The notes under the pieces are model-generated. The model was given only the letters and a program-made list of their open reading frames with translations, had not been told where the DNA came from and ran no database searches. From Macrostomum lignano (taxonomy: Eukaryota), in NCBI GenBank assembly GCA_002269645.1, contig NIVC01001630.1, positions 62,001-126,000 of the forward strand: a stretch of 64,000 nucleotides of DNA. Direction: 5' to 3'. This document shows, piece by piece, positions 10,861-23,600 of this stretch. Position numbers and translations under genes: made by a program. Every line of letters starts with the position of its first letter. Within the stretch, counting starts at the first letter, position 1.

Positions 10861-11626
10861 TCAATCGTCAAAGTTCAGATCCTCGTCAAGATTGACATCG
10901 GACGGGTCAACTTGGTCCATGTTCAAGTTTTTCAAATCCTGCTCCAGCTCCTGCTCCAGATCGTCGTCATCAACGGCGGCCGCGGTGGCTGCAGCGGCAG
11001 CGGCGGAGGCCGGCACCGCTGCGGAGCTTTTGACACCATCGTCAACAGCGTCTGCGAAGGCCTCAGCACCGCTAGACGATGACTCCTCCCGATCGGCACC
11101 CCCGTCGAAGACAAACTGACCGCTGGCGATGGCCGCCAGAGCCTCCTCGATCGGCCGGCGCTCCCAGTTAGGCGTCAGGCCGGCCTGGTCGGTGGCCGGG
11201 CGACCGCGGAGCTGCCGCCTCTCCTGGCGCATGTAGGCCTCGGCTTTGACGGAGTCCTCCAGCTCGGGGAACAGGTTGGGATAGTCGGCAGGATCGGCCA
11301 GAGCCTGTGCGGCTTTCTCGTTAGCCTTGGCCAGGTTGGCCTTCCACAGCTGCACAGCCCGAGACACCTGGGACGGCAGGTAGGTGCGGGCGAACAGGGC
11401 GGCCTCTGGCAGCCGGTTGGCGGCGATCAGAACTTCTAAACAGGCCTCCAGGTCGCCTAGAAGAAACTGGGCCAAGAAAGCGACGTTGCTCTGGCCGCCG
11501 GTTGAAGACTCTCTGGCCAGACGGTCGACCATGCCGGCATTGCCAGTGCTGGTTGCCAGGAGCAGCAGGGAGCCGAAGTCCTTGGCTTGGGCCAGGCACT
11601 CCTGGGCTAGCTGTAGGTCATTGTGC
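10861..11626 (-). CDS. COPB2: COPB2 exon 6 (terminal)
   Basis: Acceptor CTGCAG|11626 (phase 2); [33 protein letters not shown]...EDLNFDD*. Confidence 0.95.
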
Positions 11627-14600
11627 CTGCAGTTGGAGTGGTTGATACAGCGCGCACAGGATTATCTATTGTGCACAAATCGATTAATCCCATAAATTCA
11701 TTGCCGCTTAAAGTCCCAGCTTTGCCAGTACCCAAATAATCTCACCCTGAGATTTTCAGCTACCCTCATAATCTCCACCTGAGATTTTTAGCTACCCCCA
11801 AAATCTCAACCTGAGATTTTCAGCTACCACAGAATCTCACCCTCAGATTGGAAACATCCTAGAATCTGATCCTTAAGAGATTGGAAACATTCCAAAATCT
11901 CACCCTTAGATTTAGAAACATCCCAGAATCTCACCCTGAGATTGGAGACATCTCAAAATCTCATCTTGTGATTAAAGACATCTCAGAATCTCACCTTGAG
12001 ATTAAATACACCCCAGAATCTCATCCTCAGATTGGAAACATCCCAGAATCTGATCCCTAAGAGATTGGAAACATCCCAGAATCTCACCTTTATATTCGTA
12101 GATAGATTCTGAAAATCCCTGAATCCCACCCTTAGATAGTGGTCCAAACATTCCAAAATCTCACCCTTAGATGCTGAAACTTCCTAGAATCTCAACCTGA
12201 GGTTGGAGACATCCTAAAATCTCATCTTGAGATCAAAGACATCCCAGAATCTCATTCTCAGATTGGAAACATCCTAGAATCTCACCTTAAGATTGGAGAC
12301 ATCCCAGAATCTCAACCTTAAATTAGAAATTTCCCACCCTTAAAGAATGAAAACACCCCAGAATCTCACCCTGAGATTGGAGACATCCCAGAATCTCAAC
12401 CTGAGATTGGGAACACGAGCCCCAAAGCAGAACTAACTCAGCACAAACCTGGTGGCAGCGTCAGCCAGCAGTTTCCATTTCTGCTCCGACTCGGCCTCGC
12501 AGCAGATCTGTTTCGCCGTAGCCAAATCGCCGAGCTGTAGAGCCAGCTCGAACTTGTGCTCGGGATCTGTGGTCACAGCCAAGGCCTGGGCTTTGAAGCC
12601 CTGCTTCTCCAGAAAGTGGGCCACACGAGACCGTTGCGATCGTGGAATTGTGGGCAACACCTGAAAGTATAAAGTATAGTATAGAAGAATAAGAATATAG
12701 AAGAGATTAAAAACCTTGCCGTACTACTTAGTAGCGTAGTTAGAAGGCAAAATAAAAAACAATAATTTGTTTTTTTCTAAAAAAGCTTTCAAGGTGCGCA
12801 TACATACTTAAGATATACCCAAACCTACTCAAAAATCACTCGACCTACTCACGAGTCACTCCAACCAACTCAGGAGTCACCCAACCAACTCAGGAGTCAC
12901 CCAACCTACTCACGAGTCACCCAACCAACTCAGGAGTCACCCAACCTACTCACGAGTCACCCAACCTACTCAAGAATCGCCCAACCTACTCAAGAATCGC
13001 CCGACCTACTCAGGAGTCACCCAACCTACTCAAGAATCGCCCAACCTACTCAAGAATTGCCCAACCTACTCAGGAGTCACCCAACCTACTCAAGAATTGC
13101 CCAACCTACTCAGGAGTCACCCAACCTACTCAAGAATTGCCCAACCTACTCAGGAGTCACCCAACCTACTCAAGAATCGCCCAACCTACTCAGGAGTCAC
13201 CCAACCTACTCAAGAATCACCCAACCTACTCAGGAGTCACCCAACCTACTCAAGAATCGCCCAACCTACTCAGGAGTCACTCAACCTACTCAGAAGTCAT
13301 TCAACCTACTCAGGAGTCACACAAACATACTCAGGTGTCACCCAACACATACTCAGATGTCACCCAATCATACTCAGGAGTCACCCAATCATACTCAGGT
13401 GTCACCCAACACATACTCAGATGTCACCCAATCATACTCAGGAGTCACCCAAACATACTCAGGTGTCACCCAATAATACTCAGGTGTCACCCAATCATAC
13501 TCAGGAGTCACCCAAACATACTCAGGAGTCACCCAACACATACTCAGGTGTCACCCAAACCTACTCAGAAATCAGTTAATACACCCAGTGCTACTAAGTA
13601 TAAAAATATTGCCACAATTAACTAACCTGATCGGCTGTGTCAAAATCTTTCCGCATAACGGCAGTCTGGTACTCCAGCACGGACACAAGCAAACTGTAGC
13701 TGACAATATTCAGCTCCTTGTCGCCCAGATACAACCGGTTCTCCTTGGGTATGTAGCCCAGAACGTACATGACCCGATCTAGATGAGCAACAGTACACAA
13801 CTCGCCACCGACATAATAGTTCAACCGATTAACGGCATTAGTATAGATGAAGCAGTCGCCAACCCACAAGCCGGTTCGAACGGATTCCTCTGTCTCGCCA
13901 AGGACGTCGAAAGCGTCTTCTACGCCGTCCTCGGTCAGGCCAACTTTGGTCTGCTTGGCGGTGGCCACGGCTTCGGGTTTGTAGCGCAGTACAAAATAGC
14001 TCTCCTCGGTTGCTATGGCAACTAATTCGGAGGATTCATTCCAGAAAACTAGCTTTGGCGTTATCTCGATACGGCGGACCATGTCGCCGCTCTCCCAGTC
14101 GTAGAAGGCGAGGCCGCTGACGGAGCGAACGCCAAGCATGGCGCCACCGTAGATGCCCTGCAAGAGTTGATTGAGTGTTTGGCTAGATTAGCAATCCACT
14201 CTATTCTCAAGATGATTGGCTAGATTAGCAATCCACTCTATTCTCAATATGATTGGCTAGATTAGCAATCCACTCTATTCTCAAGATGATTGGCTAGACT
14301 AGCAATCCACTCTATTCTCAAGATGATTGGCTAGATTAGCAATCCACTCTATTCTCAATATGATTGGCTAGATTAGCAATCCACTCTATTCTCAAGATGA
14401 TTAGCTAGATTAGCAATCCACTCTATTATCAATATGATTGGCTAGATTAGCAATCCACTCTATTCTCAAGATGATTAGCTAGACTAGCAATCCACTCTAT
14501 TCTCAAGATGATTGGCTAGACTAGCAATCCACTCTATTCTTAATATGATTGGCTAGACTAGCAATCCACTCTATTATCAATATGATTGGCTAGATTAGCA

Positions 14601-17600
14601 ATCCACTCTATTCTCAATATGATTGGCTAGATTAGCAATCCACTCTATTCTCAATATGATTGGCTAGATTAGCAATCCACTCTATTCTCAATATGATTGG
14701 CTAGATTAGCAATCCACTCTATTCTCAATATGATTGGCTAGATTAGCAATCCACTCTATTCTCAATATGATTGGCTAGATTAGCAATCCACTCTATTCTC
14801 AATATGATTGGCTAGATTAGCAATCCACTCTATTCTCAATATGATTGGCTAGATTAGCAATCCACTCTATTCTCAATATGATTGGCTAGATTAGCAATCC
14901 ACTCTATTCTCAATATGATTGGCTAGATTAGCAATCCACTCTATTCTCAATATGATTGGCTAGATTAGCAATCCACTCTATTCTCAATATGATTGGCTAG
15001 ATTAGCAATCCACTCTATTCTTAATATGATTGGCTAGACTAGCAATCCACTCTATTCCCAATATGATTGGCTAGACTAGCAATCCACTCTATTCTTAATA
15101 TGATTGGCTAGACTGGCAATCCACTCTATTCTTAATATGATTGGCTAGACTAGCAATCCACTCTATTATCAATATGATTGGCTAGATTAGCAATCCACTC
15201 TATTCTCAATATGATTGGCTAGATTAGCAATCCACTCTATTCTCAATATGATTGGCTAGATTAGCAATCCACTCTATTCTCAATATGATTGGCTAGATTA
15301 GCAATCCACTCTATTCTCAATATGATTGGCTAGATTAGCAATCCACTCTATTCTCAATATGATTGGCTAGATTAGCAATCCACTCTATTCTCAAGATGAT
15401 TGGCTAGATTAGCAATCCACTCTATTCTCAATATGATTGGCTAGATTAGCAATCCACTCTATTCTCAATATGATTGGCTAGATTAGCAATCCACTCTATT
15501 CTCAATATGATTGGCTAGATTAGCAATCCACTCTATTCTCAAGATGATTGGCTAGATTAGCAATCCACTCTATTCTCAAGATGATTGGCTAGATTAGCAA
15601 TCCACTCTATTCTCAATATGATTGGCTAGATTAGCAATCCACTCTATTCTCAATATGATTGGCTAGATTAGCAATCCACTCTATTCTCAATATGATTGGC
15701 TAGATTAGCAATCCACTCTATTCTCAATATGATTGGCTAGATTAGCAATCCACTCTATTCTCAAGATGATTGGCTAGATTAGCAATCCACTCTATTCTCA
15801 ATATGATTGGCTAGATTAGCAATCCACTCTATTCTCAATATGATTGGCTAGATTAGCAATCCACTCTATTCTCAATATGATTGGCTAGATTAGCAATCCA
15901 CTCTATTCTCAAGATGATTGGCTAGATTAGCAATCCACTCTATTCTCAAGATGATTGGCTAGATTAGCAATCCACTCTATTCCCAATATGATTGGCTAGA
16001 CTAGTAATTCCCTCTAGTTTCAATTATTTACCTCGCATCCGAACTCCGGTTTGAAGGCGCGAACCTCTTTAAAATTCTTGAACACTTTCACCGTGGTGGT
16101 GCCCTCTCGAATAGCATAGGTTGACGCATCGGTGGTGCACCAGACAAACTCCTGTGCCTGACCAAAGGCTTTGTTTCGCAGAGCCATGGCCGTGTAGATG
16201 ATGAACTCGCCGTCTCCACTGACAGCTACAAAGCGACCGTTGGGGCTGTGGGCGATGGTCTGCGGGTAGATCTCACACGAGCCCATGTCCTTGATGGTCA
16301 GCGGCAGTCGGTCGCCGTCTTGAAATTCTTCGTCAGCAGACAAGGTGCGCAAATTGGCCTGCTGGACTTCGGCGTGACGAGCCCACAGGATTTTGCCCGA
16401 GGCGTCCATGGAGATGGCGGGCTCTTCGCGACCCAACTTCACCTAAACGGCGATTAGGGGGCATTGTTGGGGGGGGCGTATTGTAGAGCTGCGACATGGA
16501 AAAGGTCAGCGGCCCAGCAAATGACGATCTGGGAGGCTGGTGGCCCAGCAACCGAGGATCTGGGAGGCTGGTGGCCCAGCAACTGAGGATCTGGGAGGCT
16601 GGTGGCCCAGCAATTGAGGATCTGGGAGGCTGGTGGCCCAGCAACTGAGGATCTGGGAGGCTGGTGGCCCAGCAACTGAGGATCTGGGAGGCTGGTGGCC
16701 CAGCAACTGAGGATCTGGGAGGCTGGCCCAGCAACTGAGGATCTGAGAGGCTGGTGGCCCAGCAACTGAGGATCTGGGAGGCTGGTGGCCCAGCAACTGA
16801 GGATCTGGGAGGCTGGCCCAGCAACTGAGGATCTGGGAGGCTGGCCCAGCAACTGAGGATCTGAGAGGCTGGTGGCCCAGCAACTGAGGATCTGGGAGGC
16901 TGGTGGCCCAGCAACTGAGGATCTGGGAGACTGGCCCAGCAACTGAGGATCTGGGAGGCTGGTGGCCCAGCAACTGAGGATCTGGGAGGCTGGTGGCCCA
17001 GCAACTGAGGAATGAGTAAAACAAAAGCTACATATAAATATGCCATTAACTCACCAGAATGCTACCCTCATCATAACCCAGAGCGACATTGTTGCTGCCC
17101 CGCAGACAGGCAATGGCCCAGACTCTCTCCAGCCCATAGTTCAGCGTGGACTCAAGCCTGTAGGTGCTGGAATGCCACACTCGCACGGTGCCATCCTCGG
17201 ATCCAGTCAGCACAATGGGCAGATCGGGATGAAAGGCCACAGCTGACACATTCTGAGCGTGACCCTCCAGAGTTTGCACGCAGGTTTTATTCTGCTGATC
17301 CCACACTTTCACCAGCCGGTCGTCAGCGCCAGAGATGAGGTAGGGCTTGTCACCTCCAGCGTAATAATCCACACAGTTGACGCCCTTCTCGTGACCCTCC
17401 AAAGTGAAGTTGGGCGCCTGCGAGCCAAGCTGCCAAACTTTGACAGTTTTATCCAGGGAAGCGCTGGCAAACTGATTATTGTCCTTGGGATTAATGACTA
17501 TCTGCATCACGTAGTGAGTGTGACCTTCAAACGTTTGAGCACAGGCCCAGCGTTTGTCCCAGTCCCACAGTTTGATGAGCATATCGTCCGAACTGCTAAG

Positions 17601-20600
17601 CACAAACGGTTGAGTAGGATGTACAGCGATAGACCGGATGTAGTCTGAGTGGGCTTCCCAGTTGTGCAACCGCTCCAATGTGTTGTAGTTAAACACGCGT
17701 AACTGCATATCATCGCTGCCTGTGATGACCCAGTTCTTGCGGGATACAAACTTGGCAGAGCGGACCTAGAAATTTATAAATCATTTTGATACTCTTGAAA
17801 GCTACTGTTAGTAGGAGGATGGAGTGTCAATTAATAACTGGTGAATCTAAATAATAAATTGGATAAAATTCACTGTAGCCAACTTAAGAGTTATTCACTT
17901 AAAACTCCTCCTAAAACTTGCGAAATAATCGCCCCTAATCCACCTTAAGAATCGCCCCTAATCCTCTCTAAGAATCGCCCCTAATCCTCCTGAAGAATCG
18001 CTCCTAATCCTCCTAAACAATCGCCCCTAATCCTCTCTAAGAATCGCCTCTAATCCTCCTAAACAATCGTCCCTAATCCTCCTAAACAATCGTCTCTAAT
18101 CCTACTAACAATCGCCCCTAATCCTCCTAAACAATCGTCCCTAATCCTACTAAACAATCGCCCCTAATCCTCCTAAACAATCAACCCTAATCCTCCTAAA
18201 CAACCGTCCCTAATCCTCCTAAACAATCGCCCCTAATCCTCCTAAACAATCGTCTCTAATCCTCCTAAACAATCGTCTCTAATCCTCCTAAACAATCGTC
18301 CCTAATCCTACTAAACAATCGCCCCTAATCCTCCTAAACAACCGTCCCTAATCCTCCTAAACAATCGCCCCTAATCCTCCTAAACAATCGCCCCTAATCC
18401 TCCTAAACAATCGTCTCTAATCCTCCTAAACAATCGCCCCTAATCCTCCTAAACAACCGTCCCTAATCCTCCTAAACAATCGCCCCTAATCCTCCTAAAC
18501 AATCACCCCTAATCCTCCTAAACAATCGTCTCTAATCCTCCTAAACAATCGTCTCTAATCCTACTAAACAATCGCCCCTAATCCTCCTAAACAACCGTCC
18601 CTAATCCTCCTAAACAATCGCCCCTAATCCTCCTAAACAATCGTCTCTAATCCTCCTAAACAATCGTCTCTAATCCTCCAAAACAAATGCCCCTAATCCT
18701 CCTAAATAATCACCCCTAATCCTACTTAAGAATCACCCCTAATTTTCCTTAAGAATCACCCCTAATCCTCCTTAAGAATCACCCCTAATCCTCCAAAACA
18801 AATGCCCCCAATCCTCCTAAATAATCACCCCAAATCCTACTTAAGAATCACCACTAATTTTCCTTAAGAATCACCCCTAATCCTCCTTAAGAATCACCCC
18901 TAATCCTCCTAAACAATCGTCTCTAATCCTCCAAAACAAATGCCCCTAATCCTCCTAAATAATCACCCCTAATCCTACTTAAGAATCACCCCTAATTTTC
19001 CTTAAGAATCACCCCTAATCCTCCTTAAGAATCACCCCTAATCCTCTAAAACAAATGCCCCTAATCCTCCTAAATAATCACCCCTAATCCTCCTTAAGAA
19101 TCACCCCTAATTTTCCTTAAGAATCACCCCTAATCCTACTTAAGAATCACCCCTAATTTTCCTTAAGAATCACCCCTAATCCTCCTTAAGAATCACCCCT
19201 AATCCTCCAAAACAAATGCCCCTAATCCTCCTAAAGAATCACCCCTAATCCTCCTTAAGAATCACCCCTAATCCTCCTTAAGAATCACCCCTAATCCTCC
19301 AAAACAAATGCCCCTAATCCTCCTAAATAATCACCCCTAATCCTACTTAAGAATCACCCCTAATTTTCCTTAAGAATCACCCCTAATCCTCCTTAAGAAT
19401 CACCCCTAATCCTCCAAAACAAATGCCCCTAATCCTCCTAAATAATCACCCCTAATCCTCCTTAAGAATCACCCCTAATCCTCCTTAAGAATCACCCCTA
19501 ATCCTCCTTAAGAATCACCCCTAATCCTCCAAAACAAATGCCCCTAATCCTCCTTAATAATCACCCCTAATCCTCCTTAAGAATCGCCCCTAATCCTCCT
19601 TAAGAATCACCCCTAATCCTCCTTAAGAATCACCCCTAATCCTCCTTAAGAATCGCCCCTAATCCTCCAAAACAAATGCCCCTAATCCTCCTAAATAATC
19701 ACCCATAATCCTCCTTAAGAATCACTCCTAATCCTCCTTAAGAATCACCCCTAATCCTCCTTAAGAATCACCCCTAATCCTCCAAAACAAATGCCCCTAA
19801 TCCTCCTAAATAATCACCCCTAATCCTACTTAAGAATCACCCCTAATTTTCCTTAAGAATCACCCCTGATCCTCCTTAAGAATCACCCCTAATCCTCCTT
19901 AAGAATCAGCCCTAATCCTCCAAAACAAATGCACCTAATGCCTCCTAAATAATCACCCCTAATCCTACTTAAGAATCACCCCTAATCTTCCTTAAGAATC
20001 ACCCCTAATCCTCCTTAAGAATCACCCCTAATCCTCCTTAAGAATCGCCCCTAATCCTCCTTAAGAATCACCCCTAATCCTACTTAAGAATCACCCCTAA
20101 TCCTCCTTAAGAATCACCCCTAATCCTCCTTAAGAATCACCCCTAATCCTCTAAAACAAATGCCCCTAATCCTCCTAAATAATCACCCCTAATCCTCCTT
20201 AAGAATCACCCCTAATTTTCCTTAAGAATCACCCCTAATCCTACTTAAGAATCACCCCTAATTTTCCTTAAGAATCACCCCTAATCCTCCTTAAGAATCA
20301 CCCCTAATCCTCCAAAACAAATGCCCCTAATCCTCCTAAAGAATCACCCCTAATCCTCCTTAAGAATCACCCCTAATCCTCCTTAAGAATCACCCCTAAT
20401 CCTCCAAAACAAATGCCCCTAATCCTCCTAAATAATCACCCCTAATCCTACTTAAGAATCACCCCTAATTTTCCTTAAGAATCACCCCTAATCCTCCTTA
20501 AGAATCACCCCTAATCCTCCAAAACAAATGCCCCTAATCCTCCTAAATAATCACCCCTAATCCTCCTTAAGAATCACCCCTAATCCTCCTTAAGAATCAC

Positions 20601-23600
20601 CCCTAATCCTCCTTAAGAATCACCCCTAATCCTCAAAAAAAAATGCCCCTAATCCTCCTTAAGAATCACCCCTAATCCTCCTTAAGAATCGCCCCTAATC
20701 CTCCTTAAGAATCACCCCTAATCCTCCTTAAGAATCACCCCTAATCCTCCTTAAGAATCGCCCCTAATCCTCCAAAACAAATGCCCCTAATCCTCCTAAA
20801 TAATCACCCATAATCCTCCTTAAGAATCACTCCTAATCCTCCTTAAGAATCACCCCTAATCCTCCTTAAGAATCACCCCTAATCCTCCAAAACAAATGCC
20901 CCTAATCCTCCTAAATAATCACCCCTAATCCTCCTTAAGAATCACCCCTAATCCTCCTTAAGAATCACCCCTAATCCTCCTTAAGAATCACCCCTAATTT
21001 TCCTTAAGAATCACCCCTAATCCTACTTAAGAATCACCCCTAATTTTCCTTAAGAATCACCCCTAATCCTCCTTAAGAATCACCCCTAATCCTCCAAAAC
21101 AAATGCCCCTAATCCTCCTAAAGAATCACCCCTAATCCTCCTTAAGAATCACCCCTAATCCTCCTTAAGAATCACCCCTAATCCTCCAAAACAAATGCCC
21201 CTAATCCTCCTAAATAATCACCCTAATCCTACTTAAGAATCACCCCTAATTTTCCTTAAGAATCACCCCTAATCCTCCTTAAGAATCACCCCTAATCCTC
21301 CAAAACAAATGCCCCTAATCCTCCTAAATAATCACCCCTAATCCTCCTTAAGAATCACCCCTAATCCTCCTTAAGAATCACCCCTAATCCTCCTTAAGAA
21401 TCACCCCTAATCCTCCAAAACAAATGCCCCTAATCCTCCTAATAATCACCCCTAATCCTCCTTAAGAATCGCCCCTAATCCTCCTTAAGAATCACCCCTA
21501 ATCCTCCTTAAGAATCACCCCTAATCCTCCTTAAGAATCGCCCCTAATCCTCCAAAACAAATGCCCCTAATCCTCCTAAATAATCACCCCTAATCCTCCT
21601 TAAGAATCACCCTAATCCTCCTTAAGAATCACCCCTAATCCTCCTTAAGAATCACCCCTAATCCTCCAAAACAAATGCCCCTAATCCTCCTAAATAATCA
21701 CCCCTAATCCTACTTAAGAATCACCCCTAATTTTCCTTAAGAATCACCCCTGATCCTCCTTAAGAATCACCCCTAATCCTCCTTAAGAATCAGCCCTAAT
21801 CCTCCAAAACAAATGCACCTAATCCTCCTAAATAATCACCCCTAATCCTACTTAAGAATCACCCCTAATCTTCCTTAAGAATCACCCCTAATCCTCCTTA
21901 AGAATCACCCCTAATCCTTCTTAAGAATCGCCCCTAATCCTCCTTAAGAATCACCCCTAATCCTCCTTAAGAATCACCCCTAATCCTCCTTAAGAATCAC
22001 CCCTAATCCTCCTTAAGAATCACCCCTAATCCTCTAAAACAAATGCCCCTAATCCTCCTAAATAATCACCCCTAATCCTCCTTAAGAATCACCCCTAATT
22101 TTCCTTAAGAATCACCCCTAATCCTACCTTAAGAATCACCCCTAATTCCTTAAGAATCACCCCTAATCCTCCTTAAGAATCACCCCTAATCCTCCAAAAC
22201 AAATGCCCCTAATCCTCCTAAGAATCACCCCTAATCCTCCTTAAGAATCACCCCTAATCCTCCTTAAGAATCACCCCTAATCCTCCAAAACAAATGCCCC
22301 TAATCCTCCTAAATAATCACCCCTAATCCTCTTAAGAATCACCCCTAATTTTCCTTAAGAATCACCCCTAATCCTCCTTAAGAATCACCCCTAATCCTCC
22401 AAAACAAATGCCCCTAATCCTCCTAAATAATCACCCCTAATCCTCCTTAAGAATCACCCCTAATCCTCCTTAAGAATCACCCCTAATCCTCCTTAAGAAT
22501 CACCCCTAATCCTCCAAAACAAATGCCCCTAATCCTCCTTAAGAATCACCCCTAATCCTCCTTAAGAATCGCCCCTAATCCTCCTTAAGAATCACCCCTA
22601 ATCCTCCTTAAGAATCACCCCTAATCCTCCTTAAGAATCGCCCCTAATCCTCCAAAACAAATGCCCCTAATCCTCCTAAATAATCACCCTAATCCTCCTT
22701 AAGAATCACCCTAATCCTCCTTAAGAATCACCCCTAATCCTCCTTAAGAATCACCCCTAATCCTCCAAAACAAATGCCCCTAATCCTCCTAAATAATCAC
22801 CCCTAATCCTCCTTAAGAATCACCCCTAATCCTCCTTAAGAATCACCCCTAATCCTCCTTAAGAATCACCCCTAATCCTCCAAAACAAATGCCCCTAATC
22901 CTCCTTAATAATCACCCCTAATCCTCCTTAAGAATCACCCCTAATCCTCCTTAAGAATCACCCCTAATCCTCCTTAAGAATCACCCCTAATCCTCCTTAA
23001 GAATCGCCCCTAATCCTCCAAAACAAATGCCCCTAATCCTCCTAAATAATCACCCCTAATCCTCCTTAAGAATCACCCTAATCCTCCTTAAGAATCACCC
23101 CTAATCCTCCTTAAGAATCACCCCTAATCCTCCAAAACAAATGCCCCTAATCCTCCTAAATAATCACCCCTAATCCTACTTAAGAATCACCCCTAATTCC
23201 TTAAGAATCACCCCTAATCCTCCTTAAGAATCACCCCTAATCCTCCTTAAGAATCAGCCCTAATCCTCCAAAACAAATGCACCTAATGCTCCTAAATAAT
23301 CACCCCTAATCCTACTTAAGAATCACCCCTAATCTTCCTTAAGAATCACCCCTAATCCTCCTTAAGAATCACCCCTAATCCTCCTTAAGAATCGCCCCTA
23401 ATCCTCCTTAAGAATCACCCCTAATCCTCCTTAAGAATCACCCCTAATCCTCCTTAAGAATCACCCCTAATCCTCCTTAAGAATCACCCCTAATCCTCCA
23501 AAACAAATGCCCCTAATCCTCCTAAATAATCACCCCTAATCCTCCTTAAGAATCACCCCTAATCCTTAAGAATCACCCCTAATCCTCCTTAAGAATCACC

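Noticed and set aside
14170-16010. CRISPR-like appearance of the 37 bp partly palindromic repeat (also the 38 and 29-31 bp arrays)
   Set aside because: Units are head-to-tail without unique spacers, lie inside spliceosomal introns of eukaryotic genes, and no cas genes are present.
12900-17046. PNLLRSHPT- and [11 protein letters not shown]-repeat ORFs and antisense ORFs overlapping COPB2 exons
   Set aside because: Intronic repeat translations or shadow frames of the real COPB2 exons.
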